From positions 7,096-71,095 of the forward strand of contig JAYKIS010000086.1 in assembly GCA_035286125.1 (NCBI GenBank): DNA of 64,000 bases, read 5' to 3'. Made by a program: the position numbers and the translations under genes. Under the pieces are notes generated by a model. That model saw only the letters and a program-made list of their open reading frames with translations, was not told the origin of the DNA and ran no database searches. This DNA is from Candidatus Sericytochromatia bacterium (GTDB lineage Bacteria > Cyanobacteriota > Sericytochromatia > S15B-MN24 > VGJW01). This document shows, in pieces, positions 61,414 through 64,000 of this stretch (positions are counted from its first letter, which is position 1; each line of letters starts with the position of its first letter).

Positions 61414-61560
61414 ATCAGGTCAAGAGCAACAGATAACGAATCTACAGGGGTGGTCGGAGCCACGACGGGGGTGGTTCTGCGTCCGGTGAGGAGGGGGGTG
61501 GACGGGAACCTTCGTGGAAGCGACGACCTCCTGGGGCTGGGCCCGATGTGTGTTGGTTTC
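61414..61560 (-). ncRNA. candidate C-rich small RNA or structured 3' UTR (hypothetical)
   Basis: The minus strand has five C-runs (GUCCCCCAU, AGCCCCAG, CCACCCCCCUCCUCACC, CCACCCCCGUC, CCACCCCUG), one containing the anti-SD-like CCUCCU, and ends in the terminator at 61396-61413. No credible ORF. Confidence 0.25.
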
Positions 61561-61636
61561 TATGGGGGACAGAAGGGTTGTCGGCAGCTTAACGTCCGGA
61601 CTTGCTACGGCAAAGAAAACTTTTCCGAATCTTTTT

Positions 61637-62725
61637 TCAGCGGTGCCCGGGCCCCACGAAGGCCATGATGACCTCGATGAGAATCAGGAAGATGACCATG
61701 AGCTCCAGCAGGACCGAGCGCTTCTGGTTCATCTCCTCGAGCAGCAACTGAGCGACCTGCTGGACGATGCGGAGCTTGGCGTCGACCATCTCCTCCCAGC
61801 GCCCCAGCCGCAGGCTCTCGCCCGTCATCCGGTAGATTCGTGCAAGGTAGACGTCCCCGGTGATCTTGATCGCATTGCGGACCTTGTCCTGCACGTCGTA
61901 GATCTCGATCATCAGCTGCATCAGCTTCTTGGATGTGCGCGCCAGCCTGCGGCGGCGGCTGCCTCCGGCTGTTCCGGAGAAGCCGTCGTAGACCGCTCCG
62001 AGCTCGGCCTCGAGCATCTCGTCGTAGTACCGCAGGTCGAGCAGTTGGGCGTTGGCGAACTCGATGATGTCCAGGTGGTCCGTGCTCTGCTCGGGATCCA
62101 GCACGAAGGCGCTGTTCCACGTCACGATCACCAGGTCGTCGCTGCGGTAAGAGTGGTGGAGGCGCAGGGCGTCGCTGCGCTCGTCGCGGCTCATCTCTCC
62201 GCGCTCACCCCTGAGGACGCGTGCCAGTTCGTCGCCCTTGCGTGCCAGCAGGTCATCGGCCCGGACGGGTGTGTCGAAAGCCTCGACATAGGTGATGAAG
62301 TAGTCTTCGACCAACTTGGAACGGCCAATGGGCCCCTTGGCAGCGGCCTCGAGGCGTGGCGTGATTTCCCCGAGCAGTTGGCGGGCAACCGACTCGATGC
62401 TCAGGTCCGCCTGCAGCCGGGCGCTCTCCTCGACCAACTCGGCCCACGTGCCACTGAAGGGCAGGGTCCAGACCAGGCTCACGATGCCGAAGTCGTGGAC
62501 CTTGGCCCGCACCGTGCCGGCGTGTTCGTTGGTCAGTGGCCGATGCCCCAGGGGCAACACGACCGGGGGATCGCGGAAGCGGATGGCGTCGGGCTGATGG
62601 CCGCGTCCGACAAGCTCCCCGATGGTGCTGTCGGCCCAGAGCGCCCTCAGTTTGCCAAGATCAACCTCCTCGGCGAACTCGAAGAGGTGCAGGACGAGGA
62701 TTCGGGCGCGAACGATGTGTTCCAT
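61637..62725 (-). CDS. hypothetical protein with C-terminal TM helix, possibly RMD1/YagE (DUF155) family
   Basis: 362 aa from ATG 62725. Soluble domain followed by a terminal helix, VLLELMVIFLILIEVIMAFV. The segment DLVIVTWNSAFVLDPE resembles the DUF155 core. The family call is tentative. Confidence 0.55.
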   Translation of the reverse strand: MEHIVRARILVLHLFEFAEEVDLGKLRALWADSTIGELVGRGHQPDAIRFRDPPVVLPLGHRPLTNEHAGTVRAKVHDFGIVSLVWTLPFSGTWAELVEESARLQADLSIESVARQLLGEITPRLEAAAKGPIGRSKLVEDYFITYVEAFDTPVRADDLLARKGDELARVLRGERGEMSRDERSDALRLHHSYRSDDLVIVTWNSAFVLDPEQSTDHLDIIEFANAQLLDLRYYDEMLEAELGAVYDGFSGTAGGSRRRRLARTSKKLMQLMIEIYDVQDKVRNAIKITGDVYLARIYRMTGESLRLGRWEEMVDAKLRIVQQVAQLLLEEMNQKRSVLLELMVIFLILIEVIMAFVGPGHR

Positions 62726-62750
62726 GCGGTGAGGGGCGGCCTTTGGCGGG

Positions 62751-62779
62751 ATGACGGGGTGACGCGCCCCGCCTATAAT
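62751..62779 (+). promoter_or_regulatory. candidate sigma70-type promoter for bamA (-35 ATGACG, 17-bp spacer, -10 TATAAT)
   Basis: Perfect TATAAT at 62774-62779, read directly. ATGACG lies at 62751-62756. It is 37 nt upstream of ATG 62816. Confidence 0.45.
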
Positions 62780-62815
62780 GGAAGGATTCGACCTTCCTTT
62801 ACTGAAAGTTAGCGG

Positions 62816-64000
62816 ATGCTTCGTCTCGCGTCATCCCGACCGGCGCCCTCGGGTCCGCTTGGCGTCCTTGCCGGGCCGCTGTCCATGGCGGTTGCCGTCT
62901 CGGGCTTCTGGCTCATCGCGGCCGCCGGCAGCGCCTGGGCTGCCGGCGAGGATGCGTCGGCGCCGGCAGCCCAGGCGCCCGGGGAACAGGCGTCGGTGGC
63001 CACGGACAGCGTGGCGCCTGCCACCGACAGCGTGGCGCCTGCCACCTCCTCGACCGTCGTGCCGGATGATTCGCCGCGGATTCGCGTCGGGGACATCCGC
63101 ATCGAGGGCAACCGCAGGGTGTCCGACGAGCAGATCCTGCTGGCCCTGCCTGTCCACCGCGGCGAAGAAGTTTCGAGGAAGCAGGTGGTAGACGCGCTGC
63201 AGCGCGTCTACGGGCTCGGGCTTTTCCGGGACGTCAACGCTGGTCTCGAAGATGCCGAGGGAGGCCAGCAGCGTCTGGTCGTGCGGGTGGTCGAGAACCC
63301 GGTCCTCGACGAGGTGCGCATCGAGGGCATGACCCTGCTGCCCGTCGACGAGGCGCTGGCGGCGTTCCAGCCCCTCAAGGGCCGCATCCTGAACATGCGT
63401 GATGTCCAGAAGCGCATCAAGGATCTCGAGAAGCGTTACGCGGACCAGGGCTACGTACTGGCCCGCGTGTACGACATGCAGGTCCAGGACGGCGGGGTGC
63501 TGGCGCTCAAGGTGGCCGAGGGCATCGTCCAGGCCATCCGCATCACGGGTAATGAGGACACGCAGGAGTACGTCATACGGCGTGAGCTGACGGTCAAGCC
63601 TGGCGAGGTGTTCAACTTCAAGCGCATGGAGGATGACCTGCGCCGCCTCTACAACCTCAACTATTTCGAGGATCTGGGGCTCCGCTACGAGCCCGGCGAG
63701 ACGCCCCAGAAGGTCATCATCGTCGTCAACGTCAAGGAGAAGCAGACCGGCATTTTTCAGGCCAGCGCCGGTTTCTCGTCCCGTGACGGTCTTATCGGCA
63801 TGCTCTCGTTCCGCAAGGAGAATCTTCTGGGACGCGGCCAGACCATGTCTGTCGACGTCAGCGTCAGCCAGAATCCTTTCGGGGAAATCAGCTACTTCAA
63901 CCCCTGGTTCACCGAGCAGAAGGCTTCGTTCGGTACCCAGGCCTATTACCGGCGCTACTTCAACGTCTTCAACGTCGCGGTGCCGGGCGGGCAGGGTAGC
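62816..64000 (+). CDS. bamA: outer membrane protein assembly factor BamA (Omp85), partial; continues beyond the window
   Basis: Not in ORF track because it is open at the right edge. Manual translation from ATG 62816: MLRLASSRPAPSGPLGVLAGPLSMAVAVSGFWLIAAAGSAWA (signal peptide). POTRA-type repeats follow (IRVGDIRIEGNRRVSDEQILLALPVHRGEEVSRKQVVDALQRVYGLGLFRDV; QAIRITGNEDTQEYVIRRELTVKPGEVFNFKRMEDDLRRLYNLNYFEDL). Confidence 0.85.
   Translation, partial: MLRLASSRPAPSGPLGVLAGPLSMAVAVSGFWLIAAAGSAWAAGEDASAPAAQAPGEQASVATDSVAPATDSVAPATSSTVVPDDSPRIRVGDIRIEGNRRVSDEQILLALPVHRGEEVSRKQVVDALQRVYGLGLFRDVNAGLEDAEGGQQRLVVRVVENPVLDEVRIEGMTLLPVDEALAAFQPLKGRILNMRDVQKRIKDLEKRYADQGYVLARVYDMQVQDGGVLALKVAEGIVQAIRITGNEDTQEYVIRRELTVKPGEVFNFKRMEDDLRRLYNLNYFEDLGLRYEPGETPQKVIIVVNVKEKQTGIFQASAGFSSRDGLIGMLSFRKENLLGRGQTMSVDVSVSQNPFGEISYFNPWFTEQKASFGTQAYYRRYFNVFNVAVPGGQGS
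62999..63040 (+). repeat. 21-bp tandem duplication (one synonymous difference) in the bamA N-terminal linker
   Basis: gccacggacagcgtggcgcct / gccaccgacagcgtggcgcct, encoding ATDSVAP ATDSVAP. Confidence 0.9.

Noticed and set aside
61447-61505. Plus-strand G-runs (GGGG, GGGGG, GGGGGG, GGG) as a G-quadruplex
   Set aside because: The loops between tracts are 16-21 nt, too long for a stable canonical G4. The minus-strand terminator makes a C-rich RNA reading more parsimonious. Kept only as the complement of the sRNA candidate.
61575-61600. Resemblance of minus-strand AGUCCGGACGUUAAGCUGCC to the SRP RNA domain IV motif (GGUCCGGAAGGAAGCAGCC)
   Set aside because: The GGAA tetraloop and its closing pairs are absent, since GUCCGGAC is a self-complementary palindrome instead. 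The flanking helix 5/8 pairing partners are not present.

Overview
High-GC (roughly two-thirds G+C by eye), gene-dense 64 kb chromosomal segment with about 55 protein-coding genes and 2 tRNAs. I found no rRNA, CRISPR array, recognisable prophage or IS element. Gene content indicates a flagellated, LPS-bearing diderm bacterium. Operon order, however, is of the Firmicutes/Cyanobacteria type (dprA-topA-trmFO ... tdk-xerC; cysS-mrnC-rlmB; tRNA-tilS-ftsH; tsaE-tsaB-rimI). This suggests a poorly sampled lineage that I cannot name from sequence alone. Main blocks: (i) a minus-strand gene train of tdk, xerC, two unknowns, an HD dNTPase-like gene, lipA and an E1-alpha gene; (ii) a KaiC-like ATPase coupled to a pseudo-receiver histidine kinase; (iii) trmFO-topA-dprA; (iv) small RHH and His-rich lipoprotein genes plus a coupled lipoprotein pair carrying a Gly/Ala repeat; (v) a divergent LPS-transport supercluster, lnt-lptC-lptA versus lptF-lptG-lptD-lipoprotein-TPR-unknown; (vi) an FGE/PA-IL-lectin lipoprotein divergent from a Ser/Thr kinase, pseudokinase::PP2C, FHA and TlpA operon; (vii) a truncated, catalytically degenerate serine recombinase beside an AT-rich palindromic spacer, then mutS2 and a lipoprotein endonuclease I; (viii) cysS-mrnC-rlmB and a tRNA-Ser, punA, tRNA(CAU), tilS, ftsH operon; (ix) flagellin with a CsrA-type leader plus a TPR-flanked GT2 glycosyltransferase; (x) tsaE-tsaB-rimI with a G10 tract, corC, a C-rich candidate sRNA, a DUF155-like gene and bamA. 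The best novelty candidates are the kinase/pseudokinase-PP2C/FHA/TlpA module with its lectin-FGE partner, the lipoprotein translationally coupled to lptD (possible LptE analogue), the tRNA(CAU) lying 5 nt upstream of tilS, the C-rich terminator-bearing intergenic RNA, and the G10 tract that could toggle a TsaB-RimI fusion. All family calls rest on motif recognition by eye; no database search was possible.
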